Positions 37,310 to 50,185 of a stretch of DNA of 64,000 nt are shown here, in pieces (position 1 is the stretch's first letter; every line of letters begins with the position of its first letter). The notes under the pieces are model-generated. The model was not told where the DNA came from. It saw only the letters and a list, made by a program, of their open reading frames with translations, and did no database searches. A program made the position numbers and the translations under genes. The stretch lies in contig OX597823.1 in the NCBI GenBank assembly GCA_951406725.2, forward strand, positions 91,450,001-91,514,000, written 5' to 3'. Source of the DNA: Octopus vulgaris (lineage: Eukaryota).

Positions 37310-37705
37310 CATAAGTGACAGGAGCCTATACAGCTATAAGCATATACACATATATGTACGTGTACACGCGCACAAATACATGCACACACACATATATATA
37401 TATATATACATACATCTTTATATATACAAATGTATATATATATATATATATAAACATTTGTGAATGTATATATATATGTATATATATATATGTGTATATA
37501 TATAAATGTGTATATATATATATATACATATATATATATACACATTTACATATGCATATATGTATATATGTGTGTGTGTGTGTGTGTATATGTATACATA
37601 AATAGATTTATAGACAGATACATATACATATATACATACACATTAATATACATTTACGTACATATATAGATATATACTAACATATCTATACATACATATG
37701 CATAT

Positions 37706-37741
<36 letters not shown>

Positions 37742-38021
37742 AAATAATCCCACAATATATCTATATATCTATATATATGCATACATATATATATACACAC
37801 ATATGTATATATATATATTCATAATTTGCCACAAATGTGTATTGAGCGCTTTAAGTTTTACAGATGTAAAGCACGACAATGGATACCATTTCCTCCTCAT
37901 TTCTATCTCCTATCTCTCTTTTTCACTCTTCCTTTCACCCTTCACACCCACTTTAACACTGGACCCCCTCCCCTCCCCCTCTTTCTCTCTATATATATAA
38001 ACACACACACCCTGCATTAGA

Positions 38022-38165
<144 letters not shown>

Positions 38166-38484
38166 CATGTGTGTGTGTCTGTGTGTAATCTAACACGTTT
38201 TGAGTACAATTTTTCTCGCTTACAACGGTTATCATAAAGGAATACACGTTTCCGTCCGGTCAATCACTAATCGACCAACCGAGAAAATGAAGCTTAAACA
38301 GAATATAATTAAATAAAACTCTACTACAGGTAGGCACAGATGCAGAGGTGACTGTGTGGTAAGAACCCAAGCTCATGGTCCAGGGTTCAGTCCCCACTGC
38401 ATGGCACCTTGGGCAAGTGTCTTCTACTACAACTCCAGGCTGACCAAAAACTTGTGAGAGGATTTGTGAAATGGAAACTGAAAT

Positions 38485-38937
38485 TGCCGACAAGCCAAGT
38501 GAGACCATAGCCCGTGGCTTATGCCAATGGGTGTAACCAGTCTACTTATGAGTACCTCTCAACCATTGGACAATAAACTTTGCTTGCGAAGACTTATTGA
38601 GGCAAGTGAAACCAAATCAAAATCGCTGACGTGGTTGATGGCATTCATTGGCATTCATGCCAGAGGAACGTTAAAAGCACATCTGAGCGTGATCGTTGCC
38701 AGGACCACGGATTAGCTCCCTTGCTGGTGGCACGTAAAAAGCACCATTCGAGCGTGATCGTTGCCAGTGCCGCCAGACTGGCTCCTGTACAGTTATCACG
38801 TAAGAAACACCTTTTGAGCAAGGTCGTTGCCAGAACCACCTGACTGGCCCTCATGGCGGTGTCATGTAAAAGCACCCACTACACCCTCGGAGTGGTTGGT
38901 ATTAGGAAGGGCATCCAGCTGTAGAAACTTTGCCAGA
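38485..38937 (+). mobile_element. RTE 3' UTR fragment nested within a family A SINE
   Basis: Hairpin units and ggaagggcatccagctgtag; SINE head at 38345-38485 and SINE tail at 38937-39000 flank it. Confidence 0.7.
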
Positions 38938-39283
38938 GGTGGTGCTCCAGCAAGGCCACAATAAAATGATTGAAACAAGTAAAAGAATATAAGAATATAA
39001 GAATATATATACACACATACATACACCCATATATATTCACAATACACACAGAGAAACAAATAATATATTTGAATTTGTGTCTAAAGGCTGTGTGGTACAG
39101 TGTTCAGGGCTGTCAATCTAATGTTTATAATATTGTGAGTTCAATAGATAGATCAGGTGAGGCATTGTGTCCTTCAGCGAGGCTCTTCATTCTACGTTGC
39201 TTCACATTCTACTCAGCTGAAAATGCAAAAGACAGCCTGGAACTGGGTCCTTATTTTATCAGTTACCAGAATTTGATCTATAT

Positions 39284-39957
39284 CAGTGCTTCTCAATCAA
39301 TTTTTTTTACCTGTAGACCTCTTCAATTGCTTCTCAATCACTTTTTTATCTGTAGAACCATTTGATTGCTTCTCAATCATGTTTTTACCTGTAGACCTCT
39401 TTGATTGCTTCTCAATCATTTTTTTTTTACCTGTAGACCCATTTGATTGTTTCTCAATCATTTTTTACCTGCAGACCTCTTTGATTGCTTCTCAATCATT
39501 TTTTTTTACCTGTAGACCTCTTTGATTGCTTCTCAATAATTTTTTACCTGCAGACCTCTTTGATTGCTTCTCAATCATTTTTTACCTGCAGACCTCTTTG
39601 ATTGCTTTTCAATCATTTTTTACCTGTAGACCCATTTGATTGCTTCTCAATCAATTTTTTTTACCTGTAGACCTATTCGATTGCTTCTCAATAATTTTTT
39701 TACCTATAGACACCTTTGATTGCTTCTCACTCATTCTTTTCACCTGTAGACTCCTTTGATTTCTATTCTACTTGGATGGGCCCTCCAAGCAATTTGATGT
39801 TTAAAAAAAATCCTTTTATATTAGGAATTGTATTAAAAAATTTTTGAAATGCTTTGTATATTGTAGAAATATTAACCAATTTATTGCGCATAAACTTTAA
39901 CATCAACATCTTATATGGAATCCTTACAACCATGGGAACCCTGGCTGGGAACCACTA
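39284..39957. mobile_element. Putative hAT-like non-autonomous element containing a ~40-bp minisatellite
   Basis: Ends cagtgcttctcaa and tgggaaccacta resemble CAGTGGTTCTCAA-type TIRs; ~12 tandem units tgcttctcaatca(t)nacctgtagacctctttgat at 39287-39760. Confidence 0.55.
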
Positions 39958-40248
39958 ATCAGGTGATATTTGAACTCAAAACAAAAAGGGCAGAACAAAT
40001 ACAGAAAGACTTTATTGAATCTTACAATGACTAATAGAATTTGGGAAACAATTTAGTTAATATTGCATTTCTGAATTCCTCTTGAGAAAGCATTTGATAT
40101 TGTAGGGCATAGAATTGGCAGAGGTTTCTAGTGTCATAACTGTACTTATGATTGTTAAGTGTTAGGTATGAGGTTGTTTCATTGCTATTAGGTGGAACAT
40201 GTCTTTGTGTTGAAAGTAATTAAATTGTAATAGTCAAGTATGTCCTGA

Positions 40249-40298
<50 letters not shown>

Positions 40299-40610
40299 CA
40301 AGATAATTAGTGCCAGGTTAGAATAAAGTATTTAGGAGGTGATTATTTGAGGTCTGTATTAAAAAGTAGAAGTAAGATCAAACGTGGATAACACCTGTAC
40401 TTGTCCCCATTGTCTATGAAGTGACTTCAATTAAATTGTCTGTTGTGACTGTGTGGTAAGAAGTTTGCTTCCCAGCTACGTGGTTCTGGGTTCAGTTCCA
40501 CTGCTTGGCACCTTAGACATGTGTTTTCTAGCAAAGAAAATACATGCCCAAAGCCTTCTGAGTCGATTTGGCTGACAGAATCTGAAATAAACACGTCATA
40601 TATATATATA

Positions 40611-41717
40611 GCGGAACACCTCCGTGACATCCGCCTTGCCAACGACACACCGGTCTCACGCCATTTCTGCTCCACCGGTCACTCCTTGCAACACCTGTCT
40701 GTATTCGGTTTGTCCTTGCACAGAGGCCATCCGGATTCCCGTTTGCACCATGAACAGGGATTAATCTTCTCTCTTCGTTCTTTTACACCATTTGGTCTCA
40801 ACTCTCCCCCTCCTCGTCTAGCCCCCCGACTCCTACTTCTCTTCCGTCCTTCATCTTTTCACCCCTACTCTCTTTCCTCCTCTTCCCTTCTTCCCTCCTC
40901 TTCTTTCCTCTTTCTTCTTCCCTCTTCCCCTTCTCTCTTTCTCTCTGCTCCCTCACTCCCCTTCTCTCTCCTCCCTATCCTCCCCCTCCTCCTCCCACTC
41001 CTTTCCCATCCCCCTCCTCTTCTCCTCCCCCTCCCCTCCCCCTCCTCCCCCTCCCTCCTCTTCTCCCCCCCCTCATCTCATCTCCCCCTCCCCCCTCATC
41101 TCATCTCACCCTCACCCCTCCTTCTTTCCTTTCCCCTTCCTTCCTTCGTTCCTTCTCTCCCCTCTCCCCCTCCCCCTCATCTCCCCCTCCTCACTCTCAC
41201 CTTTCCTCTTCTCCCTCCTCCCTCCTCTTCTCCTATTTCCTTCTCTCCCCACTTCCCCTCTCCCCTCCCCATCATCTCTCCTCCTCATCTCCTCCCTCCT
41301 CCACTACTCTCCCCCTCATCTCCTCTCTCTACACTACACCATACGACATTACACATCACATCATACGTCCAGACCTTTCATACGCACTACATACTCTCTC
41401 ATACACACACGCACCCTTATGTTGGGGCGAAGTCATTTGACCCTGTTATCTTCCCTATTTTCGCTCTTGCGTCTCATGTTTGATCTCTGACTTCTGGCCG
41501 GAATCAGATCGCCATGTTGAATCGCTAGCTTCTGCACGCATTTTTTTCTCTCCTTGTTTCTCTCCGTGTTTCTTTTCTGTGTATCTTTCAGTTGAAGATC
41601 GTGGGCTCGAAACGTAAAAGACTTGTTTTATTTATATTCCTGAGCGCCATACTAATACAATTGTTTGTTTGTACTCCACCTGCCTTCATCTTTTGTTTAT
41701 TTTCATAAAGCTTTCCG

Positions 41718-41718
<1 letters not shown>
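40611..41718 (+). mobile_element. Penelope-like element 3' fragment (GIY-YIG C-terminus + terminal repeat)
   Basis: 40611-40802 translates AEHLRDIR..PVSRHF..GH..LSV..R..EQGLIFSL..PFGLN; hammerhead-like motif at 41584-41621; (TA)n on both flanks. Confidence 0.8.
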
Positions 41719-41772
<54 letters not shown>

Positions 41773-41825
41773 AGCAGTTTTTCTGCGTTTCTTCTCTCAT
41801 TCAATTTTTAGTTCATTATAATATG

Positions 41826-41895
41826 TGGTTTGTGCCTGATGAATATGTTTGAGATATTTCTCAGCATATGAAACTATTAGTAGTACTTGAAGCCA
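41826..41895 (+). ncRNA. Type I hammerhead ribozyme
   Basis: Stem I gtgc/gtac (+tggttt/aagcca); CUGAUGA 41836-41842; stem II atatgt.tgaga/tctca.gcatat; GAA; stem III acta-t-tagt; GUA site at 41882. Confidence 0.8.
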
Positions 41896-42489
41896 TGTAC
41901 TGTGCCCTTTTTTAATAAATAATATTTATCTCTCACCAAAGGGAATACATTTTTTGTCGAATTTTCAATCAGAGAACAATATATTATCTATATATTTCCA
42001 AGTTTGAAGTTTGGATAGGAATCCAGGTATAAAACAAAGGACTAAAGACATTGATATGGACATATCTTTGAAATGCATATATATATATATATATATATAT
42101 ATCGATTCAATGTTGGCTGACTCAGTCATATATTTCTCACTGCTCCTACTTTATCCTCTTTCATCTATTCTTTCTAACTGCCTCTTTCTTATTTCCTGTC
42201 CTGCAGGACATTTTCATTTTCCTTTGCGTTACTCCATATTAGCTTGTCTTGCAGCCACACGGCCTTTTTTTGTTGTATATTCATAATTATTTCATTTTGT
42301 CATGTTTGTTTTCTTCATTGTCCTATACATTCATTAACTATTCCCAGTGACTTGTTAACACTGGCACCACCCAAAGTGGATACTATCATCGTTAATGGCA
42401 CGAAACTGTTATGATCTTTTGGATGCGACTGATGAGGATTTAGCTACAAATTTTCCATTTGTTTTCTTCTTTTTAAATCTTATTACTAG

Positions 42490-42865
42490 CCACTACACAT
42501 TCTTTATTTTCTCTCCTTGTTTCTTTCTGCGTTCTTTTCTGTGGAAGAGCGTAGGCTCGAAACATTGAAGACTTTTTCGCTTCCCGAGCGTTATACTAAT
42601 ACATCTGTTTGCTCTCTCTACACCACCAGTCTTCGTCTTTTGTTTTCTTGTGAATTCTCTCCCTACCTCGTGTGTACCGTTGGCGATTTTTTTCCTCTGT
42701 CTTCCCTTCTCGGGATCTTTCCTTCTCCTATGTTTCCGACGAAGAGCTCCGCTCGAAACGTTAAACCCTCCTTCTTCCCTTCTTTCCTAAGCGTCCAATA
42801 ATACTATATTTGTTCCACGTCCTCGCGTTGTTGTGTTTTTTTGTGTTTTCCTTTTTGGATTAACT
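42490..42865 (+). mobile_element. Two tandem Penelope-type terminal repeats, each with a hammerhead-like motif
   Basis: ctgtggaagagcgtaggctcgaaac (~42539) and gttt-ccgacga-a-gagc tcc gctc-gaa-acgt-t-aaac (42732-42766); ends at (TA)n. Confidence 0.7.
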
Positions 42866-42991
42866 ATATATATATATATATATATATTAACAATTGAGGA
42901 TAAAATCTTTAAAAGAAATTATCAGTAGTTAGCATGAAAAACCTCGTAAGAGAAAAAATCCGTAAATTTTTCCACCTTGAAAATATTTATT

Positions 42992-43542
42992 TATATTATA
43001 TTGAGGGTACTACTATTCGTAGATACCATACGCTAAGAGGGACCAATGCGGTCAAAACTACTAAAATAAACAAGATTTTACCGAATGCAAAACTTCAAAG
43101 CAAATCATTTAAAAAAAAATTTAGTTACATATCACCTGTGATTTCGCAATTAATGCAGAATATGCATTCCATGTTCATCAGTGCAACAAACTCAAGATAT
43201 ATAAGAAAAAACATAACGTTACAAGCTCGATAGCGAACCGTAGAATTTGTCGTAGCATGTACGAATGTTTATCTTTACATATCTATGAAAATGGCGGGCT
43301 TATTCGCAATGCATTTCGGTTACAAATGTTTTCTTATATATCTTGAGTTTGTTGCACTGATGAACATGGAATGCATATTCTGCATTAATTGCGAAATCAC
43401 AGGTGATATGTAACTAAATTCTTTTTTTAAATGATTTGCTTTGAAGTTTTGCATTCGGTAAAATCTTGTTTATTTTAGTAGTTTTGACCGCATTGGTCCC
43501 TCTTAGCGTATGGTATCTACGAATAGTAGTACCCTCAATATA

Positions 43543-43546
<4 letters not shown>
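42992..43546. repeat. Near-perfect inverted repeat (~218-bp arms) carrying a hammerhead
   Basis: Arms 42992-43209 and 43329-43546. Confidence 0.9.
43345..43421 (+). ncRNA. Type I hammerhead ribozyme (weak stem II closing pair)
   Basis: Stem I gttgca/tgtaac; CUGAUGA 43357-43363; hairpin aatgca/tgcatt; GAA; stem III atcac-ag-gtgat; AUA site at 43408. Confidence 0.65.
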
Positions 43547-43574
<28 letters not shown>

Positions 43575-43888
43575 GCGAGAAAATCCCCTAGCTACTCACT
43601 GGAACTTTTATACATTCTACAGAGTGCTTGAAGGTTACTATCTTCATACACCTTGATTCTTAGATCTTACCATTACATGTATAAATATGGCACGAAATTG
43701 CACTTGGCCCTGTGGCCGATAACTGACGAGGAGTTGGTGACCTTCTGTGTTTGTTCACCGTTCATCTGCGCCTTTAGTATATGTTATTCGACTTGACCCT
43801 CTGTGTCCCTTTCCTCTTTGTTTGTTTATTACTTTACGTATTTGACTTCTGAAAATATATATTTATATATCAATATATAGATATATGT

Positions 43889-43960
<72 letters not shown>

Positions 43961-44019
43961 ACGTGTATGCAAGTGGAGAAAAAGAGAGAGAGGGAGACAA
44001 AGAGATAGTTATGGATATC

Positions 44020-44070
<51 letters not shown>

Positions 44071-44226
44071 ACACATATATACATGCAGAGCTATGTAAAT
44101 GTGTAGTACGTCTTCACGTTACATATAGATATAAACACACAGAGAAAGGGACAAAACGAAATGTGTGTATGCATATATATAAATATACACACATATAAGT
44201 ATCCCTCCCACCCTCACTCTCTCTCT

Positions 44227-44268
<42 letters not shown>

Positions 44269-44394
44269 TATAAATGTATATGTGAATATATATATATGCA
44301 TGCATACACACACCTATATATATAACATATAACGAAATGGTGATAGAATTTTGGATTATTATTTACTTAATATTTACATCTAATTTCCTAAACT

Positions 44395-44436
<42 letters not shown>

Positions 44437-44949
44437 CATACGAACATATGTATGTATGTGTTGGTGTATTTGTGATATATGACACAATCTGTTGGGATTT
44501 GCATTCAGTGTACCTTGAAAGAATGTTTGTTTAATGAGAACAATCAGTTTAAAGTATTAAGTACAATTTTGACCCCTGCACTCTGTGCCATACCCTAGAG
44601 TAAGTAATTAAGAATGTTAATTTCGATTGTTAACGTTATTTCTGACACTTGAAAACTCATTAACACCCGAGATTGGAAAACGCGTTGGCAAACACACTTG
44701 AAGCACCACAATACCAATAACACCAATGGTAAACCCCTCTCGTCCCCCCCCCCGCTCTGATGGTATCGTTACTTGCAGCGGAACCAATAGCAGCTCTGAC
44801 ATAATCAACACTCAGCTTCTTACATCCCGCCTTTCTCTTCTCTTCTCGTCTCTCCCCTCCGCATCACACATCAAGCACCGCCAACAGATAATCGCCATCG
44901 ATGGACATTGATATCGACACATAATCAAAGATCATCGCTACCGTCACAG

Positions 44950-45645
44950 AGTGACCACCGCCACTACAACGATGACCACCACTACCATGATGACGATGAC
45001 GATGACGATGGCCACCACCACCACCACCACCACCACCACCATCAATACGACGACGACCACTACCTCCACCACCATCATTGCTACTACCATCAAATCGACG
45101 ACGACCACCACCTCCACCACCACCACCACCAACACCATTGCTACCACCATCAGTGCGACGATGATGACGACGACGGCGACGACCGCTACCACCACCACCA
45201 CTACTACTACTACCACCACCACCGCCATCACTGCCATCACCACCACCACCACCACCATCAATACGACGACGACCACTACCTCCACAAACGCCACCACCAC
45301 CACCATCATTGCTACTACCATCAAATCGACGACGACCACCACCACCACCACCACCACCACCACCATCATTGCTACCACCATCATCAATACAACGACGACG
45401 ACGATGATCACCTCCACCACCATCAATACGACGACGACGTCGACCACCACCACCACCACCACCACCACCATCAATATGACGACGATGATGACGATCACCT
45501 CCACCACCAACACCATTGCTACCACCATCAGTGCGACGATGATGACGACGACGGCGACGACCGCTACCACCACCACCACCACTACTACTACTACCACCAC
45601 CACCGCCATCACTGCCATCACCACCACCACCACCACCACCACTGC
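44950..45645. repeat. Compound (ACC)/(ACG)/(ATC) array with higher-order duplications
   Basis: Direct reading. Confidence 0.9.
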
Positions 45646-46455
45646 CAGCAGCGGGAAGAGGCAGCATCGTGAACACTACTGATGCTGCTACAATTCTAGA
45701 CTTCAATTAAGATGCAATACAACAACAACAACAACAACCTAATTAGTTATGTTGATTTTATAGCAGACTTATAGAATTTCTAGTGTTTCACAAATTCCCA
45801 GCAATTATGTAATGCCAGAATCTTTGCATATCTCCATATATTTGTGTATGTCTGTCCCTGTTTGTCTGTGAGTATATGGCGTTTGTGTGTGTGTGTGCGT
45901 GTGTGTGTGTGTGTTTGTATAGTTAGGTGTATGTATATGCGACTTATATATATATTGGTGAGTGTGTGCGGATTGTGTTTATATGCATGTGTATGTATGT
46001 ATGGACGTCTGGTCTATCTTGCTTGCTCTTCTGCTTGGCTGATTGTCAGTGTGCAATGATAAACAGTAAAACAAATTATTAAAATATATCATACGTATAA
46101 AATATAGACATAGGTGTGGCTGTGTGGTAAGCAGTTTGTTTCCCAACACCATGCTTTTAGGTTCAGTACCACTGCCTGGCACCTTGGGCAAGTGTCTTCT
46201 ACTACAGCCTTGGGATTACCGAAGCCTTGTGAGTGAATTTGATAGATGGAAACTAAAAGAGACGTGTTGTATATTTATATATATTTATAGGCACAGGTGT
46301 GACTGTATGGGAAGAAGCTTGCTTCCCAACCACATGGTTCTGGGTTCAATCCTACTGTGTGGCACCTTGGGCAAGTGTCTTCTACTATACACTCAAGCCA
46401 ACCAAAGCCTCGTGAGTGGATTTGGTAAATGGAAACTGAAAGAAGCTTGTCGTAT

Positions 46456-46488
<33 letters not shown>

Positions 46489-46585
46489 GCCTGGTGCAGC
46501 CTCTTGGCTTGCCAGTCCTCAGTCAAACCGTTCAATCCATGCCAGCATGGAACGCAGATGTTAAACAATGATGATGATGTATATG

Positions 46586-47357
46586 TATGAGGTTGTCTCA
46601 CATGAAACGTCGTATTTTAAATGGGTTTCTTATGCGTCATCTATAAATGGATTTTTAATGAGTTTTTCTGTATATGCTTGTGTTTACTCTTAAGTCTTTT
46701 TCTTTCTAGACAATACTATCATTCAAAATTGCTACCCACAGCTCTTATGACAATATTGACTGCTGAACAACACTGAGTGATTTTCTTGTACGAATACAAG
46801 TTGGGTCACTCTGTCACCAAAGCTCTATGAAACATCACATGGAATTTTGGTTAACGATTCTGTTGACATTTGAACTGTTCAGAAATGATTCCAAAGATTT
46901 TGTTCAGGAAATGAAAGCCTTATAAATGAACCAAGAAGGAAACCAAAACCAGTTATTCGGCATGGTGAATTGAATGCTTTGGTTAAATGAATTCTGTGAA
47001 CAATGGCCTGAAAAATCGGATCAGACATCTCCCACAACTGCTTCTTGACACTTGGAGAAAATTGGAAAAGTTAAAATGATGGATAGGTTTGCTCCCCACC
47101 AACTCAATGAGATTCAAAGAAACAGACACCTTACAGTGTGTTTCGTGTTGATTTCTCGGTTGGAAAGAGAACCATTTTTGTATCGACTCATTACATGTTA
47201 TGAGAAGCAGATACTGATTGATAACAGAAAGATGACAGGACAGTGTTTATATGCAGGAGAGTCACCAAAACACTACCCAAAACCACCATTGCACCCTAAA
47301 AAGTTGATGGTCACTGTATAGTGGTCAACAAAGGGGGTTATTCATTATTCATTTTTG
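46586..47357 (+). mobile_element. Decayed mariner transposon
   Basis: VIFLYEYKLGHS, FQRFCSGNESL, FAPHQL (WVPHEL-like), LITCYEK (TGDEK-like), KPPLHPKKLMVTV; several stops; cut by a SINE head at ~47357. Confidence 0.9.
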
Positions 47358-47934
47358 CATGGCCCTAACCACTGGGCCATTGCGCCTCCACCTATACATA
47401 CATACATACATACATATGAACGTACATATATATATATATATATACATATATATACATATATACACACACAAAAACCACAAACGCACGCACACACACAAAC
47501 ACACACATATACACAAACAAACACACATACACACACAAACACACATACATACACACATACACACACACCATTATATATTTATCATGGGATCAACTAGAAT
47601 GTTGGATATTGTTATACATCACTGGTCACAATGCCCTTCACATTGTTTTAGCTTTTGAATGCTGCCACCCTGCTGGCAGGGTGAGCAGGCCAACATTCCA
47701 TCACAGGGTGTACCCATTTACAGCTGAGTGGACTGGAACAATATGAAAAGAAGTGTTTTGCTCAAGAACACAATGTGCCACCCTGTCTAGCAATTGAACC
47801 CATGATTTAGTGACTATGAGTAGGATACACTAACCGCTAGGTCACATGTCTTCACATACACACACACAAACATCCACATACAGACATCATCATCTTCATC
47901 CAGTGTTTTAAGTCTGGGTTTTGTCCCCATTAAC

Positions 47935-48241
47935 AGGGGTTGCTGGATCTACCTCAATGCCATAGCAACCTGCGGGCTCATTCCGAAAAGCTCTACCTGC
48001 GACGATTTCATCTCAATCGAAGGAGAGGAGCTTTCTCCGTCCGGGTTGTGGATCCGTGGAACAAGCTGCCAGACGAGATGGTGAAGATGCCGACGACCGT
48101 TTTGTTCAAAGCCTCCCTTGACCTCAAGTGGCCTGAACTCTTTACATGAACACCACCTTGTACTTAACTCCATGTCCCCCTACATGGCCTTGCTATTTGC
48201 TTTTGAGCCAAATTAACTAACTAACTAACTAACTAACTAAC
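47935..48241 (+). mobile_element. CR1-clade LINE 3' end with (TAAC)n tail
   Basis: LRAHSEKL..RRGAFSVRVVDPWNKLPDEMV..FKASLD, stop, short UTR, (aact)n tail. Confidence 0.85.
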
Positions 48242-48504
48242 CTAGGTAGGCAGGTGCAGCCCACCCCAACCTTTGCGCTGGCTGGTTGGTGCTCATTCTC
48301 TTTTGTTATTATGACGTTCTTTTGGAGCTGGATTTTCTACAAGAAGCAGGCCCTTGCTTACCCCCAACCTCAGTTTCTAGACATGTGTGGTCCTGAAACC
48401 AAGGCCTCTACCACAATTTTAAAGAAATGTAGAGTGAAACTAGCTCAGGAAGGCAGGGACCCTACTCCCTGAGACCCCTTTCAGAGACCCCCTACATATG
48501 TACT

Positions 48505-48933
48505 TTTATTCTTTTATTCTTTTACTTGTTTCAGTCACGTGACGGTAGCCATGCTGGAGCACTGCCCTAAAGGTTTTTAGTTGAAGAAATCAACCCCAGA
48601 ACTTAATCTTTGTAAGCCTAGTACTTATTCTATTGGTGTCTTTTGCCAATCTGCTAAGTTAAGGGGGCGGGACAAAAGCACACTAACATCAATTGTCTAG
48701 AGATGGCAGGGGGACAAACACAGACATACACATAAATACCAAACATACATATATATATATACATATATGCGATGGGCTTCTTTCAGTTTTCATCTTCCGG
48801 ATCCACTCACATGGTTTTAGTGAGCCGAAGGGTATAGTAGAAGACACTTGCTCAAGGTGCCATGCAGTGGGACTGAACCTGGAACCATGTGGTTGGGAAG
48901 CAAGCTTCTTACCACACAGCCACACCTGCACCT
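48505..48933 (-). mobile_element. SINE family A, full copy
   Basis: Homology to 62278-62676. Confidence 0.85.
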
Positions 48934-49697
48934 ATATGCACATATATAAACACATATACATGTGTATATATATATATATGTATACATACATATATATACA
49001 CACACACATACATACATATACGTATACATAACACACCCACACCCACACTCCCATCCATGTGTATATTCATACTCATACACATTGTAGTGCAAGCACTTAA
49101 TTGATTCTGGTGGTTAATCCGAAGCGCCAGCTAATTCCGTGTGACTTAATGGGGTATAGAGTGTCGAAAGAGCGTTTCAGCTTGCATCGTTTCCATTTCA
49201 TGAATGAGAGCCAAGCGTGTGATATCTTGATACCTAGGTAGCTAAAAATAATAACAATAACAAACACAAACACAAACACACAAGCAAAACAAAAGGATAA
49301 ATGGATACTTGAAAGAATAGACAAATGGATGAAAAATAGATGGATAAAGGGTGAGAGAGGTGGGGAGAGAGAGGGGGAGAGGTAGTTGGAGAGAGGGATA
49401 GAGGGGGAGAGAGGGAGTTAAAGTGTGTAAGGATGAGACAAAGTGAAAGTGAGGGAGAGAAAAAAAGACACAGAGAATGAAATAGAAAGAAGTGTGATGT
49501 GATGTGTGTGTGTGTGTGTGTGTGTGTCTGTGTGAGAGAGAGAGAGAGAGAGTGAGAAAGAGAGACAGAAAGAGAGAGAGAGAGTTAAAGCGTGTAAGGG
49601 GGGAAAGAGGAAGAGAGAAATTAGAACTATCCTTATTCAAATATATATGTAATGCAGTTGTGTGATAATTTTGGCCAACCTTAATAACAATACTAAT

Positions 49698-49741
<44 letters not shown>

Positions 49742-50015
49742 CAACAACAACAACAATAATAGTAGTAGTAGTAGTAGTAGCAGTAATGGCGGTATTAACT
49801 TGTTTTATTTCATCTGGAGATTATTGTTCTGGAAATATCCTGATCAGTGCAAATCAGGGCCATGAATTACAGGTAAGTCAACAAGACAGCACCGGCAGTT
49901 CCTCATTTCAAGAGTGTTCTCTCATTCAGATCACCAGCATGGCTTGCTGTTAGTTGCTAATCGACATTAGAGAGGAGAGACTCCTCCTATTAAACACAGA
50001 GAGGGGTATTCAATT

Positions 50016-50050
<35 letters not shown>

Positions 50051-50140
50051 AACACACATATATGCATACATAAAGGAGATGTATGTATGAGCTACATGTT
50101 ATAAGATATGCATAGATGCACATATATATATATATATATG

Positions 50141-50182
<42 letters not shown>

Positions 50183-50185
<3 letters not shown>

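Noticed and set aside
40803-41483. Pro/Ser/Leu-rich remainder of the 320-aa ORF
   Set aside because: Polypyrimidine low-complexity tract; only 40611-40802 is protein-like
42396-42445. atggcacgaaa...actgaYgagga motif here and at ~43688-43732 as a type II hammerhead
   Set aside because: Core words are present but convincing stems could not be formed
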